From contig NC_043010.1 of assembly GCF_006345805.1 (NCBI RefSeq), positions 17,422,001 through 17,486,000 of the forward strand: a stretch of DNA of 64,000 nucleotides. Reading direction: 5' to 3'. Each line of letters begins with the position of its first letter. Position 1 is the stretch's first letter. The position numbers and the translations under genes were made by a program. A model generated the notes under the pieces. That model worked only from the letters and a program-made list of their open reading frames with translations. It was not told the DNA's origin and searched no databases. Of the stretch, positions 43,601 to 58,400 are shown in pieces. This stretch comes from Octopus sinensis (lineage: Eukaryota).

Positions 43601-46600
43601 TCGTTTAACGTCCTCCTTCCATGCTGGTATGGGTTGGATGGTTTAACAGGAACTGGCCAGGCAGGAGCCTGTGCTGTACTTCTGTGTCTGTTTTGGCATG
43701 GTTTATTTTACAGTTGGATGCCCTTCCTAATACCAACCACCCCAATGAGTGGACTGAATGCTTTTTACGTGACACCAGCACAGGCAAGGTCAGTTTTGGC
43801 AGGGTTTATACAGCTGGATGCCCTTTCAAATGCCAACCACTTTGCAGTGTGGACTGGGTGCTTTTTACATGGCACCAGCACTGGCCGAGTCACCAAGTAA
43901 CTTGCAAGACAAAGATCCTTTGAGAAGGGAGGGAGCATTGGAGAGGGTGACCTTGTGTCAGATGATGAAAAGTTAGAGTGTGACAGAGAGACAGAAACAG
44001 GTGTCTTGCTGTCGAGGAGATACATGGTTACCCAACCAGAGAGAAGAAGAGAGGGAAAGGGAGAGTCACTGAGGGCAGAAAGTGGTGTGCTGCTGAAGAG
44101 GAGGGACATGGTTACCTAGGCATAGGTAAGAGCAAGAGAATGAGGGTAAAAATAGGTTTGTTGTTGTAGAGGAGATACACGATTACTCAACAAGAAGGGA
44201 GAGCAAGGGAATGAGAGAGAGAGAGTAGGAGAGCAGGAGAGGGATGGCAGTAAGTGCAGGGAGATACCTGCAAGGAACAGAGATTAGAGCTTAGATGGGA
44301 TGGTAGAGTAAGGAAGAGAGAGATGAATGGTAGCAGGTGCTGGCAGGGTATTGCCAAGAAGTCGCAAATAGGAAATGGGGGTGGGGAATGCCGTGACTGG
44401 TGAGAATCTTGGTGTAGAGAGGGGGGCAGGGGGTAGCAATGATTATAGTGAGCAGGGTGGTGAGGAGTGGATTGGAGTGTGGGAAGTAATCATAATATAT
44501 CAAGATGGCTGTGTGGTAAGTAGCTTGCTAACCAACCACATGGTTCCAGGTTCAGTCCCACTGCGTGGCATCTTGGGCAAGTGTCTTCTGCTACAGCCCT
44601 GGGCCGACCAATGCCTTGTGAGTGGATTTGGTAGATGGAAACTGAAAGAAGCCTGTCGTATATATATATGTTTGTGTGCCCCCCTAGCATTGCTTGACAA
44701 CCGATGCTGGTGTGTTTACGTCCCCGTCACTTAGTGGTTCGGCAAAAAAGACTGATAGAATAAGTACTGAGCTTAGAAAGAATAAGTCACAGGGTCGATT
44801 TGCTTGACTAAAGGCGGTGCTCCAGCATGGCTGCATCAAATGCCTAAAACAAGTAAAAGAGTAAGAGTAGGAAATGTGAGAAAGAGAAGAGAATCAGATT
44901 GAGAAGGTGGTGGGGTAGGGTGTGTGAAAATTTTATTGTTACATGTGGGTGGAAAACAACAATTCTAGAACTCGGGTTCGCTGGCATGGGCAGGTCTTCT
45001 CTAGAACTTCATATCGCCAAACCTTCCCAATTTACACTGAGCATTTAATTCATTAATCTCAACCAATGATTTCTATAACCCCCTGTACTCTGACCTCAAA
45101 GGGTCACAGACACAACCCCACTCCCTCCCTCTATTCTATCTGCATTACACAAACCGATAAGATAAAGAGGCAGGCGTTGTCTGTGTTTCATTTTGTTTAG
45201 ATTTTGTGGAATTCGGAAGTAAATATGGCTGTGTTAGAGCGTAGAACCTGTTTGACAGATGATTCCAGCTCCTCCTGTCGCACACAACTCCGCTGACCCC
45301 TGTCTGGGTTTTCTTTCTTTCTTTTCCCTCTAACTATTTGTCAGTTGTTGGCTGTTTTACTCTTGGACATTTCTCCGTTTATATTCTTGTGAATCACTGG
45401 GTTCCAATGTTGCTGAGACTGTCTCACTGCTTTCTCGTTGAGAAGTTATGAGACATGCATTCCTGTCTTTAGAATATTTGGAGAATTTTTTTTAGAATAT
45501 GAGCCAGAGATAGTTTAAATTCCTTGACTAGAACCATCATACATCATCATCATCATCATCCTCATTTAACGTCCGCTTTCCATGCTGGCATGGGTTGGAC
45601 AGTTTGGCTGAGAACTGGTGAGCCAAAAGGCTGCACCAGGCTCAATCTGATCTGGCAAAGTTTCTACAGCTGGATGCCCTTCCTAACACCAACCACTCCG
45701 AGAGTGTAGTGGGTGCTTTTACATACCACCGGCACAAAGGCCAGTCAGGTGGTTCTGGCAACGATCGCACTCGAATGTTGTTTTTCATGTGCCACCAGCA
45801 CATGTACTGGTAAGGTGACACTGGCAATGATCATGCTCGAATGATGCTTTTTACGTGCCACCAGCATGGGAGCCAATCCGTGGTCCTGGTAACGATCACT
45901 CTCAAATGTACTTTTAACTTTCCACTGGCACGAGTGCCAATCAGGCAGTACTGTCATCAGCCACGTCAGTGATTTTGATTTCACTTGCCTCAATAGGTCT
46001 TCACAAGCGAAGTTTATTGTCCAATGAATGAGGGGTATTCATAAGTGGGCTGGTTATACCCACTGACATAGGTCACAGGCTATGGTCTCACTTGGCTTGT
46101 TGGGTCAAATGCAGCTCCTACCATTGTATAATATATAATATAGAATGGCGTATGTGTATATGATATACTTTGGTTGAGGTGTTGTTTTGAATGTAAAGGT
46201 CATGAGTTGAAATCTCCCCACAGAACTTGTACTGAATTCTTTATCCAGTTTTCCTGATGCATCACAAAATATGTCCCTTTTCTATTTTAAGGCTGAGTGA
46301 TTAACTGTAACATTGATGAAAATCAAAAGAAAGAGATTTAAAAAAAAGGAGGAAAGAAACAGGTTCTGTTTCATTAAGATCATTCTTTTGCCATTAACGA
46401 CAATTACGAGTTGGTGTGACTAATGTTTGAGACAGTCGTTGAACATGTTCCATGAAGCATTCAAGTCATACATATAGATATTTGTTGTAGATGTAACAAT
46501 ATTTCTTTTTAAACAAGTTAACCAAGAACACAACCAGGTTCTAGTTTAATGAGTTTTTCTTTTTCCCACTTGTTGACATGCCCCAGTAAAAATATATTTT

Positions 46601-49600
46601 CTCTGCTGTTACATTAATCTTTCTCTCTACTTCATTTCCTCGTCGAGCTATCCTCGTTAAACTATCTTAATTCATATCAACATTTCAACTTGAGCAATAA
46701 TGGTTCATGGATGTTACATATTTAATTTCTCATTAGATACTACTATAAAATTTTTTGTTGTTGTATGTGGTCATATGTTGTGATGGCATCAACAGACTAA
46801 GCTAGGGTTTATATGGCTAACGTAACCGTTCTAATTTCTATATTGTACATTTTATTGTATCTGTAATCTATCTTGTATTAAACATTATACACATATAACA
46901 TTTTATCTGAGCATCAAACTAATACTCCCTGTTTGTAGTTCTTTCACCTCTCTCTAGTTCATATTTTTCATTCATATATACTATATACATGTAGACCCAT
47001 GTATAATCTGTGTTATATTGTACTTAGGTTATATAATATATGTTCATCATCATCATCGTTTAACATCCGTTTTCCATGCTAGCATGGGTTGGATGGTTCA
47101 ACTGGGGTCTGGGTAGTCAGGAGGCTGCACCAGGCTCCAGTCTGATCTGGCAGTGTTTCTACAGCTTGATGCCCTTCCCAACGCCAACCACTCCGTGAGT
47201 GTAGTGGGTGCTTTTTACGTGCCACCGGCATGGAAGCCAGTCAAGGTGGCGCTGGCATCGGCCATGTACAGATGGTGCTTTTTACATGCCACCAGCACAG
47301 GTATCACAACTACAATTTCCATTTGATTTTTTGATGTTGATGTTGATGTACTTGACTCAATAGGTCTCCTCAAGCACAGTAGGTCGCCCTACGATCCAAG
47401 GTAAGCACAGCAGGCCATCATGCGATCCAAGGCACTTTGGATGGGCTGGGGCTTCTATGTGAAGCTGGTGCAGGAAACAGCCATGAACTCACATTATTTG
47501 TCGGGTCTTCGCAGTCACAGCATATCTCCAGAGGTCTCGGTCTTTCATCATTGTCTCCGTGAGACCCAACATTATGGGTTCTGACTAAAGGCAAACTAAT
47601 GACTCAGAGAGAGAATCTCTTCAGTGTTCCTCAACCTACTCGTAATGGATTCCATCCCTGGTTATTTGCTGTTGGTAACCACATAATCAGGCACTACCGG
47701 CCATGGTTGATGGATTTGCTATTAACCCTTTATAGCATTTAAACCTCTCACACTTCCCCTTCAATATTATTCTAAAGATAAACAATCACATCATTGAAAT
47801 CTCAGTTACAATGTAATGCATGATTAATTCAAATCAGTCCGAATGGTAAAGGGCCAAACTCCTCCACCCGATCCCACTACTGAGCTTGTTCAGTGGAAAG
47901 AGCGTGCGAGGATACCTAAGCAGGACTGGGGAAAAGCAACAACTTGTCAAATGAGTTTGATGAGGGCCATTGACTCCGTATCCGAGGGAGGAGATGGGCA
48001 TTAGCAGAATTCTGAAGACCACTGGAACACTTGAGTAGAGATTACATAGATTGGTTGCGAGCAGGGTCAGAAAGAAAGTCCAAGACTAGGAGGGGTTGGA
48101 AAAGACTGGGAAAATAAATTTAGATTTCCCAAAAGCAGAAATGCTGTGAGAAAGACATCACTTGATATGACAACAGAAAATGTCCTGTATTGGCCTTGTC
48201 TTTGATTTCCCAACCTTTGTCAGCATTTATATTCTTCTTCATGTTGCTTTTCCAGTACCTGTCATTGATGAGTTAATATTTATACGTTGGGAAGGCAGTG
48301 AGTTGGCAGAAACATTAGCACACCAGGTGAAATGCTTAGCGGTATTTCATCTGTCTTCACGTTCTGAGTTCAAATTCCACCAAGGTCGACTTCTGCCTTT
48401 CATCCTTTTGGGGTCAATAAATTAAGTACCAATTGCATACTGGGGGTCAATCTAATTGACTGGCCCTCCTCCCCAAAAGTTTCGGGCCTTGTGCCTATAG
48501 TAGAAAAGAATATATGTTGGTATGGTTCTTATGAAACGGGTCTATTAAAAATTGCCACAGGAATTAATTAAAAGAAAGAAGTAATGCTTAGACTGCTTTA
48601 CGAGTTTTGGCAGAATTGCCTCAATATACGATGCTTCCATTGTACCTCACCAGACACTGCAGCATATTTTCAACAAGTGGTGGAGTAAATTCTCTCCTTG
48701 AATTATCTTCAATCTACCTGCTTGTATATATTTTTTTCAGATTATCTTTTTTACAGCAAATTTTCTTATAGCAAAAATGTTTACAAGCAAACAAAAAAAA
48801 GTAATGTTGTAGCAGACCCTGTCTTGTGGTTCCTTACTATGTCTCACTTCTTCAAATGGAATTTTGTTAAGTTTGCAGAAACAAATTTTACCAATTGCTA
48901 ACTCAGTTCCTGGTTTTAATGATATTCCTTGCTTTGAATTCTTCATTCCCGTTTAAGTGAGAAATTCTTTGAGTGACAGAAAGAGTTATGCCACCCAACC
49001 CTGCCCCATCTCATCCTTTTGCTAAACTCTGCCATTCAAAAAGAAACTCCTAACAGGCCAAAATGCAAATATATGGGAAACTACCACCTGTGTCATCTCT
49101 TGTGAAAGGTAGAAGAGTCCAGTTTGCTGGATATTGTTGTAGAGCTGAAAACGAGGTAATTTCTACTCTTCTCCTCTGGAAGCCATCTACTCGCGATACC
49201 AGAGGGTGCACACTCTCCTACCCTGACGTAATCTCCAGGGATACAGGCATCCAGCAACAGGACCTCCGTAATGCTATGATGGACCATGAAGTCTGGCGTG
49301 GCATGGTAAATTCCATTGTCTCGACCACGGTCGAACAATGATGATGATGATGACTGGGTTCAGGTGTAAAATGAACATAATAATCTGAGTTCAATCTCAC
49401 TATAAGACACTCTCAGCAAATCCCTCCTGCTATAACTATGGGCTGATCAATGCCTTGTGAGTAAAAATTGGTAGGTGGAAACTGTACCGAAGTGCTCTGC
49501 GTGTGTGTGTAGATGGGTGTCCTCATCATTTAACATATTTCATGCTGGCATGTGTTGAACTGTTTGACAGGAATGGACAGACTCTTAGAGGACTCTATCA

Positions 49601-51159
49601 AGCTCCATTTTGGCAGATTTTCTATGGTTGGATGCCCTTCTGAACGCCAATCTACTTTACAGAATTAATTGGGTGTTTTGTATTTGGCACCAGCAACTTG
49701 CAAAACACAGACCTCTGAGTTGAGAGAGGGACTGGAACTATGAGAAATGGTTGTGCACCATGCAAAAAGGTTAAAGAATAATAGAGGGATAGAGATGGTT
49801 GCTTAACCAAAGGGGAGATATTTGGCCACCCCAGTAGGAGAAGGAAGGTGGATAAATGTTTTGTCATATTTTGTCATATTGAGGGATGTAACCCAAGGTA
49901 AACTGAATCCTCCAGTAAAGAAGGATCAATGGAGTACCAGATTAGGTATTTATTAAATTGACTAAAATGCTTGACCATGGTGCCCTAGTGTAATTGTAGT
50001 CCACTGATCAAGACAGATAATGGAACAATACAAAAATTCACCTTCATTGTTGTCAGAATGACACCACAAAGCACTTTGCAGTATAAAATCTGGCAAAATT
50101 AGCAAATGTCAAGGCAGCAAGTTGGCGGAACCATTCGCTTGCCAGGCAAATGCTTCGTGGTATTTCATCTGGCTTTACATTCTGAGTTCAAATTCCATTG
50201 AGGCTGACTTTGCCTTTTGGGGGTGATAAAATAAGTACCAATTGAGCTCTGGGGGTGATGTAATCGACTTACCCCCTCCACCAAAATTTGTTATTTTAGA
50301 CATTTTAAAATGTTCCTAACGAGGTAAATATTTTAGGATTGATTAATGAACATTTATATTTTTTTATTTTGTTTTTGTAGAAGTTGGAGATTTCCTTGCT
50401 CTGGATTTAGGTGGCACAAACTTCCGTGTACTTCATATCAAACTTGATGGTCAAGACACTAAAATGGAAAGTAAAATATTTCTGATTCCTCAGAAGATTA
50501 TGTCTGGAACTGGAACCGAAGTAAGTAACAGTTTCCTTTTTCCTTCTTTTTTTGTTTTTCATCTGATATCATCATTGTTTTTATGTCCATTTTTCCATGC
50601 TTTTATGGACTGGAAGGAATTGGTTGCAGCAGATTTTCTACAGCTGGATGCCCTTCCTGTCAGCAACCCTCACATGTTTCGAAGGGAAGTAATAAACTCC
50701 CCCCCCCCCACCATGGCCAGACATATTTTCATGGCAAACTGGAAACTACAACCATCATGTGATAGCAAAGCAAGAGAGCACACACACACAACGCATTACT
50801 ATTTATAAATATATGACAGGCTACCTTCAGTTTCCTTCCACCAGATGCACTCCCAATGCTTTGGTCTTAGTCCAGGGCTGTAGTAGAAAACGTTCTATGC
50901 AGTGGAACTAAACCTGAAACTTTGTGACTGGGAAGCAAGCTTCTCAGTTGAATGAGGCACAGACATGACTGTGCTTAAGTCTCCTCGTTAGTGTTGGATG
51001 TGTTTACAGTCGACATAATCTAGAAGAGGTTTCACTTTGTGTCAGTCACAAGCTCTTCTCTCTCTCTCTCTCATGCACCCTTTACAAACAGCTGGCACTT
51101 TTTCTCCTGCTACATTTAGTTTTACTTTTCTCAATTATGACAGCAGGGTCGATAGATAT

Positions 51160-51198
<39 letters not shown>

Positions 51199-51641
51199 AA
51201 AAATATTCTAATTTTAGCAATCTCAAAGCCACTCACATGAAGCTGTGCAGGTACACAGTGGTTGTTGGATCATATGTGAAACACTTGGCAGTTACCAGCA
51301 CAGAAACAATTGTAGTGATTTAGATTAAAGCCTGTTACATTTTTTTGGTATGAATTCTGTAGATATCAACAGGTTTTCACATGTATTCCTTTGGTATGAT
51401 GGCATATGGTAGCCGATCCCTGTGGAGGAGCCTTGTAAAGCAGGCTATCAGATTATTACCCAGATACTATATATGTGTGTGTGTATTTGTTTCCTTTATT
51501 CACTCATGTTCAGTAAAACATAACTAACAATAATTGCAGTTATTCAGATGAGTTGACGGCTATGGGCTGATTCCATCAGTGGTACCCAACCATGTACTTA
51601 ATTAAAGTACTGTTTATTGATTTGGAAGACAGATGGTGTTG

Positions 51642-51673
<32 letters not shown>

Positions 51674-52013
51674 TGTTAGCACGCTGGATGAAATGCTTAG
51701 CAGTATTTCGCCCATCGCTGCATTTTGAGTTCAAATTTCACTAAAGTCGACCTTACTTTACTAACCTTCTGCTTTTTCGCTTTTCTTTTTGTTTAGCTCT
51801 TTGATCACATAGCAGATTGTATATATAAATTTGTCAAAGAGCAGCAGCTGTTGACACATTATTTACCTTTGGGCTTCACATTTTCATTTCCTTGTCGACA
51901 AGAAGGTCTTGATAAAGCTATTCTTACCACTTGGACTAAAGGATTTAAGTGTGAAGGAGTGGAGGGAGAAAATATTGTGGAATTATTACATGCTGCAATA
52001 AAACGGAAAGGAG

Positions 52014-52051
<38 letters not shown>

Positions 52052-52364
52052 AGTCCTCTCATCTAGACTCATTTTTAGTCTTTAATCCTTTTGATACTAA
52101 CCCACCTGTGACCACCCCTCCCGGTTCTATGGTACAAATTTCCTGTTTTAAAGGGGTCTAAATTAAAACCTTTTATCAAAATTTTACCAAATTTATTAGG
52201 CTATTCGTTATTTTCAAAATTAATTGAAACAAACACTGTGTATTTCAACAGAAATATGGTAACAAAAGGGTCAGGCTTTCTTTTGCAACTTAAAATATTT
52301 AATTACTTCAACTCCTTGGACATTACATATAATTTTCTGTCTCACTTTTCTCTCTCTGTCTCTC

Positions 52365-52442
<78 letters not shown>

Positions 52443-55400
52443 TTATATATTGAAAAATATCACTACACCCTTCCTTCTTATTTATAACTAGCAGTATCGC
52501 CCGGCGTTGTTCGGGTTTGTAAGGGAAATAACTATATAAACATTTTTAGAGTTATAGTAAAAAAATGCATTAAAAATGGGAAAAAAATTATTGTAAATTT
52601 TTTTTTTAAATCGTTGACTCATCGTAGACATTTTTAGAGAGTTACTTCCCTTATATAATAGCGAAAAAAATGCATTAAAAATGGGAAAAAAATTATGGTA
52701 AATTTTTTTTAAATCGTAGACTCATTGTAGATGCGCGCTAATACCCAGAAGGGCTCGATATGAATCACGACTGGTTAAACTGCACCGCAAAATGTGGGAG
52801 TAGTTAGGAATCTAAATCGTAGGAGACAGACACACAACCTCTCTTTTATATGTAAAGATGTTTCCATTTTATATTGAATATGCCAGTGACATCTGACTGG
52901 CACATAATAAAAAGCACCATTTAAGCGTTGGGCTTCGTGGGGGCAGTGACAGGTGACCGACACCTTTGGCAATATACTCTACTTGTGTAAGACCTGTCAA
53001 ACCAAGTGAGTCCAGGTCAATGGCACCCGTGCTGGTCGCATTGAAAAAACACCCACTATGCTCTCGGAGTGGTTGGCATTAGGAAGGACATCTAGCCATA
53101 GAAACCTTACCAAATCAGATCGGAACCTGGTGCAGCTCCCTGGCTTACCAGCTTTCAGTCAAAGCATCCAATCCATGCCAGCGTGGACGGCGGATGTTGA
53201 ACGATGATCAAAAAATACCAAGGAGTGGGGTTCACTTCTCTTTCTTTTGTTATATTTTTTTTGCATTTCTCTTTCTTTACACAATGCTTTGAGGTCATTC
53301 ATTTTTCATACTCCCGGAAGGAGTGGTTTTATTTATAGCAACTCTTTTCAATGTTGCATGTGTTGACAAGAACAAGTAAAGGAGAATTAGAATTTTGACC
53401 TACATTGTTATGGCTTGTGTCTTTGGCTATAAACACACACACAAACACACACACACACACCACACACACACAGTTGAAGATTATATATAATCTTAACCTA
53501 CATAATTACATAGTCACACATGGGTCTACCTCATAATTGAGTCCTGTACAAAAGGTTAAAAGGTATTTTAAGAAAAAGCTAAAATGATTTAAAATTTTGA
53601 CACAAAAGAATTAATGGAAAATGTTTTATGCTTTTCAAGTCAAAACATGTCTTAAAAGTACAAAGCTGTGCATATTTTTTGGGATTTGCTTTTCTGCCTT
53701 GAGTTCTTTGCTACTAATGTAAATACAACTACCGGGTTGTCTTGTTACTATAACTGCTTTGTTACAAGCAATAGTTATTGTTCAGGTCCAGCAGCTCTAC
53801 ATTTGACCCCAGTTCAGCCCAGTAAAGGTTTTCTAACCATGGCCATCCTGCCTGTCCTTTCCAGCATAGTTCGTCTTAGTGCACATTATCTAGAATGTCC
53901 TTTTTTTTTTTACTTTATTTTAAAATACAAAAAAACACCCACTACACTCGCTGAGTGGTTGGCGTTAGGAAGGGCATCCAGCCGTAGAAACACTGCCAAA
54001 TCTGACTGGGCCTGATGAAGCCTTCCGGCTTCACAGACCCCAGTTAAACCGTCCAACCCATGCTAGCATGGAAAACGGACGCTAAATGATGATGTTGATG
54101 ATGATGAGTGTGATTTGATGGCGATTTGGCTGTTATTTCTACCATGGTCAGCAAACACATAGAGGCTCCCTCATCAGTGTTGGTGCGGTCATCTCAGTGG
54201 ATGACCTATTGACCCTAGTTGATCCCCTGTTTACTAATCTGTATACTGTTAATCACTGATTTTTATACATGTTGACCATTGGACAGAATTCAGTGATATT
54301 ACAATGTTGTAAATAACTGACAGTCAAAACTATTGAAAAGGTTGCAAGATGCAATGAAAATTTTAGGACAATAAAAATAAGAAAAAAGTGGAAATTTTAC
54401 CGGTGAGTGTGTTACATAATAAGGCACAAAAAGAAAATGACTCTCTCCAGACACAACAGAATATGCATCAACACACGAACTCATATAAAGAATCTTGCAA
54501 ACCAAATCCCAAAACGAAATATAATAATGTTGTTTGACATATTCTTTTTTTGGCCAATTCAAGACATTCCACTAATAATGTCATATTCTTGTAGTGTACA
54601 AGTTTTATGGAATTTAGTCCAATTCCAGAACTCCTACTCGAACCAAAAACATCATGCTCTGATGTTTAGTCTAAGTAGGAGTTTTTGATAGTGTTGGAAC
54701 TAAATTCTATAAAACTTGTAGAATACAAGACTATGACATTCATTCATCGTTTAACGTCCGCTTTCCATTCTAGCATGGGTTAGACGATTTGACTGAGGAC
54801 TGGCGAACCAGATGGCTGCACCAGGCTCCAATCTTGATCTGGCAGAGTTTCTACAGTTGGATGCCCTTCCTAATACCAGCGACTCCAAGAGTGTAGTGGG
54901 TGCTTTTACGTGCCACCAGCACGAGGGCCAGTCAGGCGGTACTGGCAGCAGCCACGAAAAAATCGTGTTTTTTTTTTTACATGTCACCTGCGCACCGGCA
55001 CAAGTACTAGTAAGGCACTGCTGGTAATGATCACGCTCGAATGGTGCTTTTTTCGTTATTAGTGGAATGTCTTGAATTGTGTCTTTGGTTGACTGTAGGT
55101 CAGAATTCTTTTTCTCATGAACGACAAAGGACACAAGCAAACTTCCTTCCTATTCAGGGCTAGATTCTTCATTTACACCCTCACGATGACCCCACATTCT
55201 TCACATAGCCAAAAATTACATCATACTTGTTGGGTTTCCTTCAGACTTTCATAAACTTGACCTTCTCTAGCTGTTATCTCTTTAAAAAGTACATATTCTC
55301 TATTTGGGATGGTAAAGTCACTCCAAGATAAGGACCAACCCTCATTAACACTTCTTTTTATTCATTTCAACTTCAATGTTTCATTTCTTTTGCCAGTTGT

Positions 55401-58400
55401 CCTCCCTACCACTGTCTCTGGATTTTTTTTTTAACTAGTTTTCTTTCCCTAAAATGTACTTCTGCCCTGTTTGCTTAAATCTAAAATAATTCACGATAAA
55501 CATCACTCACCCACTTTTCCAAATACTCTGGGAAATTGATCCAGTGTCAAACTAAACAACAACAAAAAAAAAAAGGGTTACATTTTGGTGATAGTTTATC
55601 TCTCTTTACAGTCTGAGCTCAAATTCTGTTGACTTTACCTTTCATCCCCTCAAGGTCAAGTACTGGGATCAATATAATCAACTTAACCATCCCCTAACAT
55701 TGCTGGCCTTGTGCCAAAATTTGAGACCAATATTATAATAGATTTTGAGGACTTTATCACCTCCCCTAACAAAAATAACTTACATTTGTATCTATTATAT
55801 TGAAAAGCATTTTGTTGTGTTTGGGTCAGGACACACGACTGTTTGCTTCAGTTTGTGTGGCTGGAATAAAGTTTCTCCTCCTGCTTTGCTTTACAGTGGC
55901 TCATTGCCACCACTACCACCACCATATTGTGTCTCTGTTTCCTATATTAGTTTGACAGTTTGACAGGATCCAATGGGTCAGAGGACTACATCTGGTCCTT
56001 GTGTCTCATTTGGTGCAGGGTTTCTATGGCTGGATATCTTTGTTAGTATCAACCACATTACAGAGTGTACCTGGTACATTTTCATGGCACCAGCACTGGT
56101 GAGGCTATCTTGCCATCAGCAACACTGAAGAACCCTGGCATTGTCACAACTTTTATATGTCACTGGCACGTAAAAGGCACCATTTGAGTGTGGCTGATGC
56201 TAGTGCCACTTGACTGGTTCCCATGCCAGTGGCATGTCAAAAGCACCATTTGAGTGTGGCCAATGCTGCTTAACTGGCTCCCGTGCTGGTGGCACATCAA
56301 AAGCACTAAAGCGCCATTTGACTGTGACCGATGCCAGTGCTGCCTGACTGGCTCCCATGCCGGTGGCATGTAAAAAGCACCCACTACACTCTTGGAGTGG
56401 TTGGCATTAGGAAGGGCATCCAGCTGTAGAAATCTTGCCAGGTTAGATTGGAGCCAGGTGCAGCCCCCTGGCTTGCCAGTTCTGTCAAACCATCCGACCC
56501 ATGAGAAGTGGATGTTAAACGACAACAACAATAGGATTTCAGGTGCAGTTTTTCATGGCACCTTCACAGGTGGGTGATGGGGGTCACCTCCTAGTTTGCA
56601 AAGTGATAGAAATCTTCTGTAAAGGACAAAACAGATTTATTATTGTGAAAGGATGGTAGTGGAGAGACTAAGAGAGAGAATAGGGTTTGTTTACCTATTA
56701 TATTTTGAGCATTTCTTAAATATTTTTCCTTAAAATTTGCCATTTTATGTTTAATATGCATTTTCTTTCCATCTTTTAGCAACTTAATATTAAATGTGTG
56801 GCTGTGATCAACGATACTGTTGGAGCCCTGATGTCTTGTGCCCACAGTGATCGAATGTGTTCTATTGGTATTATATTAGGTAGGTATTTATTATTTTAAT
56901 TTGTTAGAATTAAAGACTTGTCAAATAAAATATCAAAATATGAGAAACTTTGTGAAAAGTTAAAATTCAGACAAAAATGTTCTCGTACATTTAAGAAGCT
57001 TTGTGAATTGTTTTAGATTTTCCCATTTTTTTCTTTTTCTGCGCTTCCTGTAGACTGTTTTCAGTATCTACTCTAAAATTCCTTTAGAAATAATGGTTTC
57101 CAGTTGAATTCCAATCTGGATTTGAATGCATACAATACTTGTATATCGAGGAATAAGGAGGCAATTAATGGTGATCACAAAAATGTATTGTTGATGTAAA
57201 CATTTTTCAAAATGTTTCTTCTCTTAAATAGAGCTTAAAATGTGAAACTTGGGATTTTGTTAACAGCTCATCTGATGCATTTTAACTAAAATTCTCTGAC
57301 AAAGTATGTTTAACAGAGAAGCTGTAAGTTTGTGTTAGAGCCTTGAAATTAACACTTGGGTAAAACTTTCCTGAAATAAATTATACTTTTGAAAATGTAA
57401 GAGTAAACTGTAAAATGATGTGAAAGGAAAACAGTCCATCACTTTTATACGTTTGATAAGTTTATGGCCATGCGGTTAAGAAGTTCACTTCTCAATCATG
57501 TGATTCCAGGTTCAATCCTAATAGAAGGCACCTTGGACAAGTATTTTCTACCAAAGTTTCAGGTTGATAAAACCTTGTCGCTAAACTAGAATGAGGGCTC
57601 TTGGCTATAGTGTTTAGTGGTGTTTGCTCTGCCACTACCAAGCAAGAATCCACTTTGAGGGTAACTCCCTATCTTCATGTGTTGCCTCTTTCTGCAGTGA
57701 CCTCAAAGATGTGGTTTCTTATCCACACACCACCCATCTCAAGGTCATGACTTGTTCACTCTTTCCTCTTCTAACTAGGTTGTGTGTGTGCACGTGCATG
57801 TGTATGTATGTGAGAGAGAGAGAAAGAGACACCAAACAACTGAAAGCAGTTTGGTGGCAGTGTAAATAAACAATAAAAAAAAATGGACATTTTTTTTGTT
57901 TCCAAAGAAAGTTATTTGAGAAAAATCCAATTTGAATTGTCTGAACTCTCAAATGGTACTGCTGCTTTGATTCACAAGATGGGTCGATCTGAAGTCACTG
58001 TTGCTGTAGATGGCTCTCTCTACAGATCCCATCCTCATTTTCATGACTTAATGGTAGAAAAAATTAAAGCACTTTGTCCCCTTACTAGAGTAAGTAGATT
58101 TCTAAGTTCATTTAACTGAAATTTTTCTGTCAATCCACCTGAAGATTAACTGCATTTACAGTTAATCTTCTAAGATCAACTGGATTTCACTGATACATTG
58201 TTGAGATTGTCTCTTCAAAACTCCATGGCCATTACCTAAAACAATAAAAGCATAATTCGTGTCTGCAAGATTCTGTCAATTTGGCCCTTTTATTATCTGC
58301 TGGACTGGGGACTGGGTGATAGAGAGTACAAAATATAATCTGCTGCCACAGAAAAACCTATGAAAATGACAAATTTTCACCTGTTTCTTCTTCCAAATTA

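Noticed and set aside
43496-44734. Several 100+ aa ORFs
   Set aside because: They fall in SINE/family C repeats and purine-rich low-complexity sequence; the same peptides recur at other repeat copies
56160-56380. CRISPR-like array of ~60 bp units (ggcac...aaaagcaccatttgag)
   Set aside because: Degenerate internal sub-repeats of the family C element in eukaryotic DNA; no unique spacers or cas genes
57956-58089. Displaced exon as a processed (retro) copy of the mRNA
   Set aside because: It retains a GTAAGT donor and is not joined to the neighbouring exon sequences
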